Of a DNA stretch of 64,000 nt, positions 28,025 through 38,813 are shown piece after piece. A program made the translations under genes and the position numbers. The notes under the pieces are model-generated. The model worked only from the letters and a program-made list of their open reading frames with translations. It was not told the origin of the DNA and did no database searches. The stretch lies in IMG/VR virus record IMGVR_UViG_3300024350_000006; one strand, written 5' to 3'. The number at the start of each line of letters is the position of its first letter. Positions within the stretch are counted from its first letter, which is position 1. The DNA is from a virus.

Positions 28025-28729
28025 ATGGCAATTGTACAAATTTCTCAAATAAAACATCGTAGAGGCACAGGAAGCCCACCACAACTAGCCAGTGCTGAGC
28101 TAGGTTTCAGTGTAGATACACAAAGATTATATATAGGTAATGGCACCCTTGCAGAAGGTGCTCCAGTAATTGGAGTTACAGAAATTGTCACAGAGGCAAG
28201 TTTTGCCACTTTCATTGCAGAAAGTCTTTCTGGTGTTTATGAAGTTATAAAATTAACTATTCCTCCAAATAAGTACAAAAATCTTCCTTCTAGCAACACT
28301 GATCCTGCTACTCTAGAAACTATACCTTTCGTTTTATATCCTTTGACTGAAGCTGAGCCCACTACCTACATAAGATATCAATTAAGAACAACAGGTGGTT
28401 ACAGCAGGTCAGGAGTGGCTACCATAAGTTATAAAGAAAATGCTAGATCAGGTACAAATGATGCTAATCTAGATGATTATGATAGTAGTATCAATGATGA
28501 CTACATTTCCAATGGTGAACCGTCTCCATCAAGTAGCCTTTTGAACTTTAATGTTGATGTTAGAACGTTTGATGATGGTATAGAATATGCTACTATTAGA
28601 TTTGAAAATAGAAGCAGTGAAGATGTTGAATTGTACTATTATATGAATAGTATGTTTTACACGCCAGATAATTTACTTAAAACACCTGGTAATGAATCTG
28701 GCACAGGCTACGAAGCTCAATCTTTATAA
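28025..28729 (+). CDS. Putative virion/baseplate-associated protein
   Basis: N-terminal QLASAELG...DTQRLYIGNG fibre-attachment-type motif; CTAAATA at 28000. Confidence 0.6.
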   Translation: MAIVQISQIKHRRGTGSPPQLASAELGFSVDTQRLYIGNGTLAEGAPVIGVTEIVTEASFATFIAESLSGVYEVIKLTIPPNKYKNLPSSNTDPATLETIPFVLYPLTEAEPTTYIRYQLRTTGGYSRSGVATISYKENARSGTNDANLDDYDSSINDDYISNGEPSPSSSLLNFNVDVRTFDDGIEYATIRFENRSSEDVELYYYMNSMFYTPDNLLKTPGNESGTGYEAQSL

Positions 28730-28751
28730 TTATTAAAAAACTCCTTACTCG

Positions 28752-29204
28752 ATGTGGAATTTGAAGCCCGACGAGAGACTTCGCTTTTGGCAAAGTTTCA
28801 GATCTAGAATATCAAGTTTAGACAAGGAACAGGCCATCAAGGAAATCTCTCACCTTTGGAGTTATTGTCCTTTTGTTAAGTACTACCTTACCACAGATAA
28901 TGTCAAAAATTGGCCTGATCCCTGGGAATTAATTTATGATAATGAGTACTGTAATCTTGCAATAGCTCTAGGAATAGTGTATACTTATTACCTAAGCGAC
29001 CACGGCCAGAACAGTATGATAGATATCAGAATTTTTAAAAATAGATCTAGCGGAGAGCAATTTAACACCGTGTTCATTGATGATGGAAAATATGTGCTTA
29101 ATTTAGTTCACGACACTGTAGTAAATAAAAAACACATCGAATCAGACCTACAGCTTGTCAGAACTATCGACTCTGCCGAGCTAGAGCTTAAACATATAAT
29201 ATAA
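28752..29204 (+). CDS. Hypothetical protein
   Basis: ORF track; WPDPWELI motif. Confidence 0.7.
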   Translation: MWNLKPDERLRFWQSFRSRISSLDKEQAIKEISHLWSYCPFVKYYLTTDNVKNWPDPWELIYDNEYCNLAIALGIVYTYYLSDHGQNSMIDIRIFKNRSSGEQFNTVFIDDGKYVLNLVHDTVVNKKHIESDLQLVRTIDSAELELKHII

Positions 29205-29223
29205 TAAAAACTGGACTCAAATT

Positions 29224-31542
29224 ATGCAAATTCAAGTAACAAAAAGAGATGGAACTAAAGAACCCCTAATGTTAGAAAAATGGCAGACACAGATTGCCAA
29301 GGTCTGTAGTGGCACTGCTGATGTCAGCCAATCAATGATCGAAATTACAGCACAGCCTCATTTTTACGACGGCATCACTACACGTGAGATAGATGAAATT
29401 ACTCTACGTGCCATAGTAAATCTTATTGATGTAGAAAATAATCCTGACCTAGGTCACGTAAACTATCAATACGTGGCGGGTAAACAGCGCCTTAGTATGT
29501 TGCGCAAGGATGTCTATGGCCAATATACTGTGCCCAGGCTATACGAAATTATAAAAAAGAATGTAGCAGTGGGACTTTATACTCCTGAACTTCTTGAGTG
29601 GTACACTGAAGAAGAATGGAACAAGATGGACGAGTTTATCGACCATAACAAAGACGAGCAATACAGTTATGCTGCCATTGAACAGCTAATAGAAAAATAT
29701 CTGGTGCGTAATCGCAGCACCAAGGAAATTTACGAAACGCCACAGGTTAGATATATGGTGGCAGCCGCCACGGTCTTTCATAAAGAAGAACCGCAGACTG
29801 CTCGTATGCGTTACATTAAGGAATATTATAATGCTGCTAGTGATGGTCTTTTTACTCTTGCTACTCCTGTCCTTGCTGGTCTTGGCACTCCGACTAAACA
29901 ATTTTCTAGTTGCGTTCTTATTAGGTCTGATGATGATTTGGACAGTATATTCGCTAGCGGCGAGATGATGGCCAAGTATGCCAGCAAACGTGCAGGCATC
30001 GGCTTGGAGATAGGACGTCTACGTCCACTAGGTAGTCCCATACGTGGTGGCGAAATTATGCATACAGGAATGATTCCATTCCTTAAAAAGTGGTTCGGTG
30101 ATCTACGTAGTTGCTCACAGGGAGGTATTCGTAATGCTAGTGCTACTGTTTTCTATCCTATTTGGCATCATCAGTTTGATGATCTTATTGTGCTTAAAAA
30201 TAATCAGGGTACAGATGAGACAAGGGTCCGTCATATGGACTATGGAGTGGTTCTCAGTGCGTTCTTCTGGCGCAGATTTAAAAACAGAGAAAACATTACC
30301 TTCTTTGACCCCAACGAAGTTCCCGATCTCTACGAAGCCTTCTACCGGAATACACCACTGTTTGAAGAACTATATGTAAAATATGAACAAAGAAAAGATC
30401 TACGTAAAAAAGTAATGAGTGCGGAGGAAGTTTTCCGTGGTGGTATTTTAAAAGAGCGCACTGACACAGGACGTATCTATCTAGTGTTCATTGACAACGT
30501 AATGAACCAAGGACCTTTTGATCCTGAATATCATACAATTTATCAGAGTAACCTTTGCTGTGAAATTCTATTGCCAACCAAACCCTTTAAACGTCTGGAT
30601 GACGTAGAGGGAAGAATTGCACTTTGTACTCTTGGTAGTATTAACTGGGGAGCCTTCCGTCATCCCGAGGATATGCGTCGTGCTTGCCGTATTCTACAAC
30701 GCAGCCTGTGTAATATATTAGATTACCAAGACTTTTTAAGCATACAAAGTAAACTAAGCAATGACGAAATACAACCACTGGGAATCGGGGTAACTAATCT
30801 TGGTTTTTGGCACGCCAAACGTGGACACAAGTATGGCGAGAAAGATGCTCTAGCTGAAGTCAAGAGTTGGATGGAGCATCAGGCTTACTATCTAACAGAA
30901 GCTACAGTGGAACTGGCCAAGGAACGAGGTAAGTGTCTAGACAGTGACCGCACAAGATATGGGCAAGGAAATTTTCCCTGGGAATTTCGTGCAGCTGGAG
31001 TCAACGAGTTAGCTGACTTTACGCCTGAACTAGATTGGGAACCTTTACGCGAGGAGATGAAACAGTATGGTGTACGAAATGCTACTCTTATGGCTATCGC
31101 TCCAGTTGAGTCTAGTAGTGTTGTTATTAATAGTACAAATGGCATTGAAATGCCTATGAGTTTAATCAGCACGAAAGAGTCCAAGGCAGGTAGTTTTACA
31201 CAGGTTGTTCCTGATTATCATAAGTTAAAATCAAAATATCAACTTATGTGGGAACAGCAAGATTGTGTGGGTTATCTTAAAACTGCGGCAGTACTTCAGG
31301 CTTATGTGGATCAAAGTATTAGCACTAATACTTTTTATAATCCTGCAAATTACCCGGATAGAAAAGTACCTACTACGTTAATTGCAAAAAATCTAATGTT
31401 AGCACATCACTGGGGTATCAAGACTTTCTACTACAGTTTGATTAACAAACAGGGAAGCAAAGTGGAAGAAACTCCACAACCTAGTTCCTTAGAAAATGTT
31501 AATTTTGATGAACTAGAAGATTGCGAAGCCTGTAAACTTTAA
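29224..31542 (+). CDS. nrdA: Class Ia ribonucleotide reductase alpha subunit
   Basis: ATP cone VTKRDG, FSSCVLI, SNLCCEI, ALCTL, TFYY, C-terminal CEAC. Confidence 0.97.
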   Translation: MQIQVTKRDGTKEPLMLEKWQTQIAKVCSGTADVSQSMIEITAQPHFYDGITTREIDEITLRAIVNLIDVENNPDLGHVNYQYVAGKQRLSMLRKDVYGQYTVPRLYEIIKKNVAVGLYTPELLEWYTEEEWNKMDEFIDHNKDEQYSYAAIEQLIEKYLVRNRSTKEIYETPQVRYMVAAATVFHKEEPQTARMRYIKEYYNAASDGLFTLATPVLAGLGTPTKQFSSCVLIRSDDDLDSIFASGEMMAKYASKRAGIGLEIGRLRPLGSPIRGGEIMHTGMIPFLKKWFGDLRSCSQGGIRNASATVFYPIWHHQFDDLIVLKNNQGTDETRVRHMDYGVVLSAFFWRRFKNRENITFFDPNEVPDLYEAFYRNTPLFEELYVKYEQRKDLRKKVMSAEEVFRGGILKERTDTGRIYLVFIDNVMNQGPFDPEYHTIYQSNLCCEILLPTKPFKRLDDVEGRIALCTLGSINWGAFRHPEDMRRACRILQRSLCNILDYQDFLSIQSKLSNDEIQPLGIGVTNLGFWHAKRGHKYGEKDALAEVKSWMEHQAYYLTEATVELAKERGKCLDSDRTRYGQGNFPWEFRAAGVNELADFTPELDWEPLREEMKQYGVRNATLMAIAPVESSSVVINSTNGIEMPMSLISTKESKAGSFTQVVPDYHKLKSKYQLMWEQQDCVGYLKTAAVLQAYVDQSISTNTFYNPANYPDRKVPTTLIAKNLMLAHHWGIKTFYYSLINKQGSKVEETPQPSSLENVNFDELEDCEACKL

Positions 31543-31543
31543 T

Positions 31544-32239
31544 ATGCCAACGTCAATCGGTTTTTTTGGTGACAGTTTTTGCTATAGTCACAGTCCCAAT
31601 AGTTACCTGGGTATGATAGTGGATAGGCTGGGTTTAAATCTTGTACATACAGGAAAAGCTGGATCTTCTATAGAAGATGCCATATTAATGCAGTTTAACA
31701 AATTTGCCAAGGTCAACAAGATTCCTGATATTTGCGTGTTTGTCTGGACAGACTCGCATAGACTTTATAATTACAAAGTAAGAAATCTTACATTGGGTTC
31801 ACTTGATAAAAATGATGATCCTGAAATAACACAGGCAGCAAAAACATATTATAGATGTTTATTTGATGATGAAGCTCATATACTAAGACATAATGCAACA
31901 GTTTATTATTTTAATCAGGTTTTGTTAAATAGATATCCTGACAAAAAAATAATAAATCTCTGGAGTTTTGGGGAAGTAAATGAAGCAAAAGATACAGAAA
32001 AAGAAACATTTCGCATCGATAATGTTAGTTATCCCTTTAGGTTTACCCGGGGTGTTGAAATAAGACCTGCTCTAGCAACATTGTCCTTCAATGAAAGTGA
32101 TGTGCCACAGGATATGAGCAAGGACTTTAGACCCAATCACCTGGGAGAACTTAAAACAAATATTATAATCGCAAACGCACTATATGACGCTATAACAGAA
32201 TATCAAGATGGAAAACTAATAGAAATTAAGGAGCAATAG
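31544..32239 (+). CDS. SGNH/GDSL-hydrolase-like protein
   Basis: FFGDSF block I, AGSS, distal PNH. Confidence 0.55.
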   Translation: MPTSIGFFGDSFCYSHSPNSYLGMIVDRLGLNLVHTGKAGSSIEDAILMQFNKFAKVNKIPDICVFVWTDSHRLYNYKVRNLTLGSLDKNDDPEITQAAKTYYRCLFDDEAHILRHNATVYYFNQVLLNRYPDKKIINLWSFGEVNEAKDTEKETFRIDNVSYPFRFTRGVEIRPALATLSFNESDVPQDMSKDFRPNHLGELKTNIIIANALYDAITEYQDGKLIEIKEQ

Positions 32240-33340
32240 ATGAGTAAACAACAATACAATTTAAAATCTAAAACAGATTACCTAACAAGAAAAATGTTTC
32301 TTGACCCCGAGGGACCAGTTACTATACAACGTTTCGAAGAAGTAAAGTATAAAAAAATAGCAGACTTTGAAACTACTGCACGTGGTTTTTTCTGGGTACC
32401 AGAGGAAATAAGTTTAACCAAGGATGCGAATGATTTTAAGGAAGCTTCTGATGCAGTTAAACATATCTTTACCAGCAACCTGTTGCGACAAACAGCACTG
32501 GACAGTCTGCAAGGTCGTGGCCCCAGCCAAATCTTTACTCCGGTCGTAAGCCTGCCAGAACTAGAAGCACTGGTCTACAACTGGACGTTCTTTGAGACTA
32601 ACATCCACAGTCGCAGCTACAGTCATATTATTCGCAACATCTACAATGTGCCAAAAGAAGTGTTTAACACTATTCACGACACTGCAGAAATAGTTGATAT
32701 GGCCAGCAGCATAGGAAAATATTATGACAAGCTACATCAAATGAACTGTGCTAAAGAAGCAGGCTTTGCTGTAGACGAATTTGATCATATACGTGCAATT
32801 TGGCTAGCCCTAAATGCTAGTTATGGCCTAGAAGCTTTTCGCTTTATGGTGTCATTTGCTACAAGTCTTGCAATGGTAGAGAACAAGATTTTTATTGGCA
32901 ACGGTAACATTATCAGTTTAATCCTACAGGACGAACTACTACACAAAGGTTGGACGGCTTGGTTAATCAACCAAGTAGTCAAAGAAGATCCACGTTTTGC
33001 AAGAGCCAAGGCAGAGTGCGAAGCAGAAGTCTATCAAATGTATCTGGAAGTAATACAGGAAGAAAAGGCCTGGGCCGACTACTTATTCAAGAAAGGTCCA
33101 GTAATTGGTTTGAACGCCAATATTCTCAAAGACTTTGTAGATTATACAGCTTTAATTTCTCTCAAGGAGATAGGCATTAAATATACTGAGTCCGCTCCTA
33201 AAAACACACCTATACCCTGGTTTAACAAGCACGTGAGCACTGATAAAAAACAAACTGCACTGCAAGAATCAGAATCAACAAACTATGTTATTGGTGTTAT
33301 GAGTGACAAATTAGAATACGAAGAACTACCAGATATTTAA
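32240..33340 (+). CDS. nrdB: Class Ia ribonucleotide reductase beta subunit
   Basis: FFWVPEE, LDSLQGR, ETNIHSRSY, LEAFRF, DELLH, QE..STNY. Confidence 0.95.
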   Translation: MSKQQYNLKSKTDYLTRKMFLDPEGPVTIQRFEEVKYKKIADFETTARGFFWVPEEISLTKDANDFKEASDAVKHIFTSNLLRQTALDSLQGRGPSQIFTPVVSLPELEALVYNWTFFETNIHSRSYSHIIRNIYNVPKEVFNTIHDTAEIVDMASSIGKYYDKLHQMNCAKEAGFAVDEFDHIRAIWLALNASYGLEAFRFMVSFATSLAMVENKIFIGNGNIISLILQDELLHKGWTAWLINQVVKEDPRFARAKAECEAEVYQMYLEVIQEEKAWADYLFKKGPVIGLNANILKDFVDYTALISLKEIGIKYTESAPKNTPIPWFNKHVSTDKKQTALQESESTNYVIGVMSDKLEYEELPDI

Positions 33341-33350
33341 AAGGAAAGAT

Positions 33351-33605
33351 ATGTTAACAGTATACAGCAAGGCAGCCTGCCCTTTTTGCGATCAGGCTAA
33401 ACATCTACTTAAAAAATACGGAATAGCTTTTGAAGAAGTGCGTGTGGATCTAGATCCCGCTGCTAGGCAATTTATTATGGAGGCTGGGCATAGAACTGTG
33501 CCACAAATCTATAAAGATGGCAAGTTATTTGTGGAAGGTGGCTATCAGGGCCTATCGAAATTAAATGAAGATCAAATCTGGGAGCGAGTAAATGCTGTTA
33601 TCTAA
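33351..33605 (+). CDS. Glutaredoxin
   Basis: CPFC, TVPQI, GGY. Confidence 0.93.
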   Translation: MLTVYSKAACPFCDQAKHLLKKYGIAFEEVRVDLDPAARQFIMEAGHRTVPQIYKDGKLFVEGGYQGLSKLNEDQIWERVNAVI

Positions 33606-33903
33606 AGGGTATAGTGCTGGAGATATTGTAAGTTTTAAGTTAGTTAATGGTGACGAAATAGTAGCCAAGATTACAGAAGTAACTGGCGCTGGCTGGAAAA
33701 TTAGTCGTCCCTGTACTGTAATTCCCAGCGCACAGGGTATGGCTCTGATGCAAAGCCTGTTTTCTACAGAACTAAATACTGACATAGAACTACGAGCAGA
33801 TCACGTAATGATGCACTCGGAATCAGCAAAACAAGTTCAAGATTATTATTTAACTACCACTACTGGTATACAGACTGTGAGCAAGGGTAGTATAGTAGCC
33901 TAG
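33592..33903 (+). CDS. Sm-like small beta-barrel protein
   Basis: FKLVNGDEIVAK Sm1-like motif. Confidence 0.5.
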   Translation: MLLSKGYSAGDIVSFKLVNGDEIVAKITEVTGAGWKISRPCTVIPSAQGMALMQSLFSTELNTDIELRADHVMMHSESAKQVQDYYLTTTTGIQTVSKGSIVA

Positions 33904-33911
33904 GAAACTCA

Positions 33912-34208
33912 ATGCCAGGAATAGCAAGACAAGGTGATATTGTGGGACCTGGGGGCATTTTAACTGCCCCCCTTAGCCCTGATACAAATATAAATGGTAG
34001 GCCTGCGGTACTGCATCGTGTGGTCTATAGCCCACACGCCTGTTGTGGTAATCCTGGTTGTGGTATACATTGCAATGGCACGGTGCCAGGTGCAAAAAGT
34101 GATGCGGCTAGGGTATACGTAAACGGAGTACCTTTTGTTTTATTAACAGATGTTGCAGATTGTGGTCACACTGTGGTTACAGCTAGCGATAATGTTATAA
34201 TAGGTTAA
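33912..34208 (+). CDS. PAAR-like spike tip protein
   Basis: ARQGD, INGRPA, H/C metal ligands, VYVNG, CGH. Confidence 0.8.
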   Translation: MPGIARQGDIVGPGGILTAPLSPDTNINGRPAVLHRVVYSPHACCGNPGCGIHCNGTVPGAKSDAARVYVNGVPFVLLTDVADCGHTVVTASDNVIIG

Positions 34209-34210
34209 TT

Positions 34211-34618
34211 ATGGCGCTAGATATTAAACCCAATATTGAGACTGGCGGCCTAGACCCAATGACACTGAGTGTGTCCACAGAACTTTTAAAAAATGATCCT
34301 GCGCCTTTTGGCGTCAATCCGGATTTTTTAAAATCTCTTCAAACTTACATAGATAGCAAAAAACTAAGTCCCTTGTTGGTCTATAATATAACAGGGGAAG
34401 CTAAATTACCAGATTTAAACACAGAAATATCCGGTTACGAATATACTGTAAAAGACGAAACAGTTTATGTTATACGCCGAGCAGCAGATTGTGGAGATGA
34501 TGAATTTAGAAATGAAGAACTTGCCCTGGGTACAAGAAATGATCTCTATCCCAATAGTTTTTTATTTTACGGTAATCTTATCCCGTCAGGTACTACAGCA
34601 CAGGGAGGCGGTGGTTAA
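34211..34618 (+). CDS. Hypothetical (baseplate region)
   Basis: ORF track. Confidence 0.6.
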   Translation: MALDIKPNIETGGLDPMTLSVSTELLKNDPAPFGVNPDFLKSLQTYIDSKKLSPLLVYNITGEAKLPDLNTEISGYEYTVKDETVYVIRRAADCGDDEFRNEELALGTRNDLYPNSFLFYGNLIPSGTTAQGGGG

Positions 34619-37119
34619 TGGCTTGGGAAATTGATTTTTCGCAGGGCACCTATGACAATGGTGCCTGGACCAGTGACGAGAGTGTGGAAAATGTGCCTAG
34701 AAGAATCAAAACTGATGATGGCACAGTGGCTATACTAGCCTATATAACGGAGGCCGAGTTAGACTTACTCATAGCTAATGGCACAACTGTAGAGAATTTT
34801 GGCAAACAAATTACTGAATGGGAAGTTGAGTACTACGGTCCACCGTCAGAAGTTTATCCTGACAGTGATATGGCAGTACAATACGCTCCCCTATATTTTA
34901 TAACAGAACAAGATGAGCCTGTCAGTAAACTAGTCTTTATAACCTACGACCAGGTTAGAATTCTTAAAGAATCAGATCTACACGATGCAGATCTTAAAAA
35001 CACGGTGCATCAGGGGATAGATCAGATACCTGCATTTCACAGATCTAGACCAAGACTTAAAGAAGCTCCAGTGCCCATCACACCAGCCTGGGTTCCTTCT
35101 GATCAATATATCAAACGCACCACTGGCACTGGCATCTATGCCGGTAGTCTAAGTGCTCTTGGTAACCTAGTGGCAATGAGTTTAAATGATTTGGCACCTA
35201 TCTACAAAGTCACTGAATCTCCTATTAAAAACGAGCGTGGTAGTTATGGACTAGGTAGTTTATTTCCAACCAAGGCCCCCATCTACAAGGTAGGACAAGT
35301 ATTAAGCCAGAAACAACTTGATGCTCTTCCTGCATCAATGGCACCCAAGGTTAAACAAGTCCCCTATAATACAGGATTTTTTAGAGAGTACTGGTTCAAC
35401 CAGAGACAGACTACTTTTGGAAATGATAGTGCTATACCTGCGCTAACTGGTGTTATACCTCGTGGCCTTAAAGATTATAACAATGAAGTTATACTGGGAT
35501 TTACAGGTAATGTGTTTTACTATATGGATCTACAGATACAAAGGTTGCTTGGTGAAGGTAAATTTAATCTTGATAGATTTATAAGTGTGTTTAGGCAGGC
35601 GCATTCCTGGGCAGAAACTAGTAACAAATATCTAGCAAGTTTAAAGAACTGTGAAAAGCCACTGAGAGATTTTAAAGCAGATACTCTAGAAGAATATTCA
35701 ACACAAAAATGGAGTAAGTATAAACAAGGTAAAGCTCTAACTCAGGCATTTAGAAATCTAGGAAAACTAGGATCTTTAATTGCTGATGGCGAAATCTACA
35801 ACGGTGTGTGGAAAGGTTTTGGTACAGCAGGCTGGGTAATGAAGGGCATAGTGGAAAATCAACTAGCTGATCAAAAAACAAATGACGGTGTCAGTATATC
35901 CGATAGTCTAATTGCACAGAATATAAATGCAACTAATCTATACGATACTGATAACGAACAAAAAATTAAAAACATACTTCAAAATGTTACTAATACTAGC
36001 ACATTAAAATTAATTCAGGAAGTACTGGAAACCAATGTTGCTAATATGTCTAGTCTATTAGATTATACCAGTCTAGAAAAAGTAAGCGGTAAAATCAATG
36101 ACAGTGAATTTAAAACACTGGAACAAGTGGGGCAGGATATTTTCGAAAATAACAATACCTTGGTAATTGAGTCAGGTCCTGCTCTAGCTGATCTTATACA
36201 GGGAATCAATTTAAGTCCTGATGCCGCCGGACTGGAAAATATACGAGGGGCCAACGGAGAGGCACTTGATCCCGATATAGCAAAACAACTTAGAAAATTC
36301 CTTCCTATGAGTCCCGATGGTGGGCCAGTTAGTATTTTGCAAATCATAGGTATGGGTTCAGGCTACCTCAAAGACACACTGGATGAAATAAACGCACTAA
36401 TAGATCAATTATACAAAGGCAAGTACGGCATAAGCATAAGAGATACACTTACAGAAATTTCTAGATTAAAAGCGGAATTTCCCCTTACCGCTGCCGAGGC
36501 ACAGGCAGCTAAGTCCTGGATTCCCACACCTCTTGAAACTTCTATAACGGAAGAATTTGACAGCGTGGAAGAACAAGAATTAGAACTTAACATTGCTACA
36601 GCAGGTACTGTGATAATAAATGTAGATAGTCAAAATCTTGATGTTAATCAACCTTTAAAACTTAAAAGTCAGATTAAAAAGAAAAAAACTAAAAAAATAG
36701 TAACAAGAAAAGCAGGTCCAAATTATTGGCAATCGAGGCTGAATTCCAAGATACAGGAGTATTATGATTTACTGGGAACAGCAGCCGCTGACACGGACAA
36801 AAACACTGCCGACATCGTTAAAAAACTTAACGAAAAATGGAATTATCTCTGTCAAAGTGTCTACTATGAAATAGCAAATTATCAACGAGGTAATTTCAGT
36901 ACTGCCACTGAAGGAAGTAATGCAACAACCAACAGACTAAATTTTGCAGCCGGTTTGGCCAATTACGGTGCCGACTCAGGAAACATTGGTACAGGAACTC
37001 TTTTGTCCAATTTAACACAAAATAATAATGTTGGTAATCAAATAAAAACCATTTTGGGTATGGGTAAAAATGATTCTAACCTTGGCCAGGTTGGTATTAC
37101 TCGAACATCTAAACCATAA
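34618..37119 (+). CDS. Large hypothetical, probable virion/baseplate protein
   Basis: 833 aa ORF downstream of PAAR. Confidence 0.65.
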   Translation: MAWEIDFSQGTYDNGAWTSDESVENVPRRIKTDDGTVAILAYITEAELDLLIANGTTVENFGKQITEWEVEYYGPPSEVYPDSDMAVQYAPLYFITEQDEPVSKLVFITYDQVRILKESDLHDADLKNTVHQGIDQIPAFHRSRPRLKEAPVPITPAWVPSDQYIKRTTGTGIYAGSLSALGNLVAMSLNDLAPIYKVTESPIKNERGSYGLGSLFPTKAPIYKVGQVLSQKQLDALPASMAPKVKQVPYNTGFFREYWFNQRQTTFGNDSAIPALTGVIPRGLKDYNNEVILGFTGNVFYYMDLQIQRLLGEGKFNLDRFISVFRQAHSWAETSNKYLASLKNCEKPLRDFKADTLEEYSTQKWSKYKQGKALTQAFRNLGKLGSLIADGEIYNGVWKGFGTAGWVMKGIVENQLADQKTNDGVSISDSLIAQNINATNLYDTDNEQKIKNILQNVTNTSTLKLIQEVLETNVANMSSLLDYTSLEKVSGKINDSEFKTLEQVGQDIFENNNTLVIESGPALADLIQGINLSPDAAGLENIRGANGEALDPDIAKQLRKFLPMSPDGGPVSILQIIGMGSGYLKDTLDEINALIDQLYKGKYGISIRDTLTEISRLKAEFPLTAAEAQAAKSWIPTPLETSITEEFDSVEEQELELNIATAGTVIINVDSQNLDVNQPLKLKSQIKKKKTKKIVTRKAGPNYWQSRLNSKIQEYYDLLGTAAADTDKNTADIVKKLNEKWNYLCQSVYYEIANYQRGNFSTATEGSNATTNRLNFAAGLANYGADSGNIGTGTLLSNLTQNNNVGNQIKTILGMGKNDSNLGQVGITRTSKP

Positions 37120-37252
37120 TTTTTTGCCTTAAAAGTGTACTATTACGGCATTTTTATGCTATAATAACTATAGTTAACTAGTTATCTACGTAGATTTCTA
37201 CCTTTGAATTGTTTTACATATATATGAACCATAAAGAAAGGAGTACTTACTT

Positions 37253-37837
37253 ATGGAGAAAAAAGAAATATTGCAACTAACCAAACGTTGTAATTTTATG
37301 ATTAGGATTGCGCAGGTTTTATTTTTAGGTTTTGGTCTTGCTATGGTGGGATCAGCACTAACTGAAGTGACTAAAAATAAGTTCGCCAAATTAGAATCCG
37401 AAAATAATCAAATGGTCGTGAGTCGTGCTGATATGGCCACTCGCACAAGACAACTTACCTGCCTGGCCAAAAATATCTACTGGGAAGCAGGTAGTGAAAG
37501 TTTTGAAGGTAAAGTTGCTGTGGCACAGGTCACACTGAACCGTGTACGCAGTACAAAATTTGGAAATGACGTCTGTGAAGTTGTCTACCAGAGAAATACC
37601 ATTATGGACAAAATTGTCTGCCAATTTAGCTGGGTTTGCCAGCCGGGTATGACCATCAAACCAATTCATCCCGAACGCTATGCTGAAAGTATGAATGTGG
37701 CCAAAAAGGTCCTGCTCGAAAACTTTAGACTTGACAGCGTCCGTGAAGCACTGTATTATCACGCAGATTACGTGAACCCAGGCTGGGGCAAAAAACCCGT
37801 GGCCAAAATTGGGCGTCACATATTCTACAAGGGATAA
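37253..37837 (+). CDS. Cell wall hydrolase, SleB/Hydrolase_2 family, with N-terminal TM
   Basis: CLAKNIYWEA, AVAQVTLNRV, CQFSW, YYHADYV, IGRHIFY. Confidence 0.9.
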   Translation: MEKKEILQLTKRCNFMIRIAQVLFLGFGLAMVGSALTEVTKNKFAKLESENNQMVVSRADMATRTRQLTCLAKNIYWEAGSESFEGKVAVAQVTLNRVRSTKFGNDVCEVVYQRNTIMDKIVCQFSWVCQPGMTIKPIHPERYAESMNVAKKVLLENFRLDSVREALYYHADYVNPGWGKKPVAKIGRHIFYKG

Positions 37838-37838
37838 T

Positions 37839-38156
37839 ATGTTTTTGGAAACTATCAAATTGTATTTTGAACCAGTTAGAGAGTATTTTTTAGGTCGCAT
37901 TAAAAAAGTGACTGCAGATGCTCTCGCCTGGTTGGCTAGTATTACCTTGCATTGTTCTACAATACCCACATTGTTGGCTATTCTATCAGGACTAACTGAT
38001 AAACCTATGCCAACAGATATAATACTATTTGTCTATGCTGCTCTAGTTCTTTTATTTGGTACTGCAATAATAACACGTAATCTACTTAATATGATTACCA
38101 TAGCACTGGGTTTTGTGGTGCAGAGTGTGTTAATGAGCTTGATCCTATTTAAATAA
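37839..38156 (+). CDS. Small 3-TM membrane protein
   Basis: Three hydrophobic segments; adjacent to the hydrolase (holin-like position). Confidence 0.65.
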   Translation: MFLETIKLYFEPVREYFLGRIKKVTADALAWLASITLHCSTIPTLLAILSGLTDKPMPTDIILFVYAALVLLFGTAIITRNLLNMITIALGFVVQSVLMSLILFK

Positions 38157-38159
38157 AAT

Positions 38160-38813
38160 ATGAATTTTTTCACACTTACTGCTAGGCTGTTTGGTTTATA
38201 CCAAGGATTACAGGGCAAAAGTCTTAGTCCTAGCACTGTTGTGCGCAAACTAAATCAAGCTATTCCCTTTGTGGAATGTAGTATAGGAATACAAAAAACT
38301 AATAATCTAGGGGGCTTCAAGATAGAAGGAAGTTACAGTCCTGATTTAGATAGACAGAATCTAAAAAGTATCAAAATAGATATCTTGATGAATGCTCGTA
38401 GAAAAAAACTGCATTTTAACAAATCTGACGTGACTGAAGAAAGATGGTTCGATCTCGTGGCTGATCTAGTTAGCATTTTAGGACACGAGTATGTTCATCT
38501 AAATCAGCATCGTAGACGTGGCTGGCGCCGTTGCAAAGATTACATTTGTTATAATAATGACGAAATGTCTATAGTCAAACGTTATCTTGGTAAGCCAGAT
38601 GAAGTTGATGCCTACGCTTTTACACTTGCTACAGAACGGGCAGTGGACATACCAGAATATGCCACTAAGCTGGAGGACACAACTACCTATGAACTTTATA
38701 AGACTGTGTTTGGTGAGCAAGACAAAACCACACAGAGACTAGTAAGACTATCCAATAAATACTTTAAACGTCTGGAGAAACAATATAATGAGACCATCCG
38801 AACATACCTTTGA
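38160..38813 (+). CDS. HEXXH metallopeptidase-like protein
   Basis: LGHEYVH plus downstream EVDAYA. Confidence 0.6.
   Translation: MNFFTLTARLFGLYQGLQGKSLSPSTVVRKLNQAIPFVECSIGIQKTNNLGGFKIEGSYSPDLDRQNLKSIKIDILMNARRKKLHFNKSDVTEERWFDLVADLVSILGHEYVHLNQHRRRGWRRCKDYICYNNDEMSIVKRYLGKPDEVDAYAFTLATERAVDIPEYATKLEDTTTYELYKTVFGEQDKTTQRLVRLSNKYFKRLEKQYNETIRTYL

Noticed and set aside
29224-33340. Introns or inteins in nrdA/nrdB
   Set aside because: Normal lengths with continuous motifs.
37391-37969. 192 aa minus-strand ORF and other antisense ORFs in the track
   Set aside because: They overlap well-supported plus-strand genes and show no motifs or SD.
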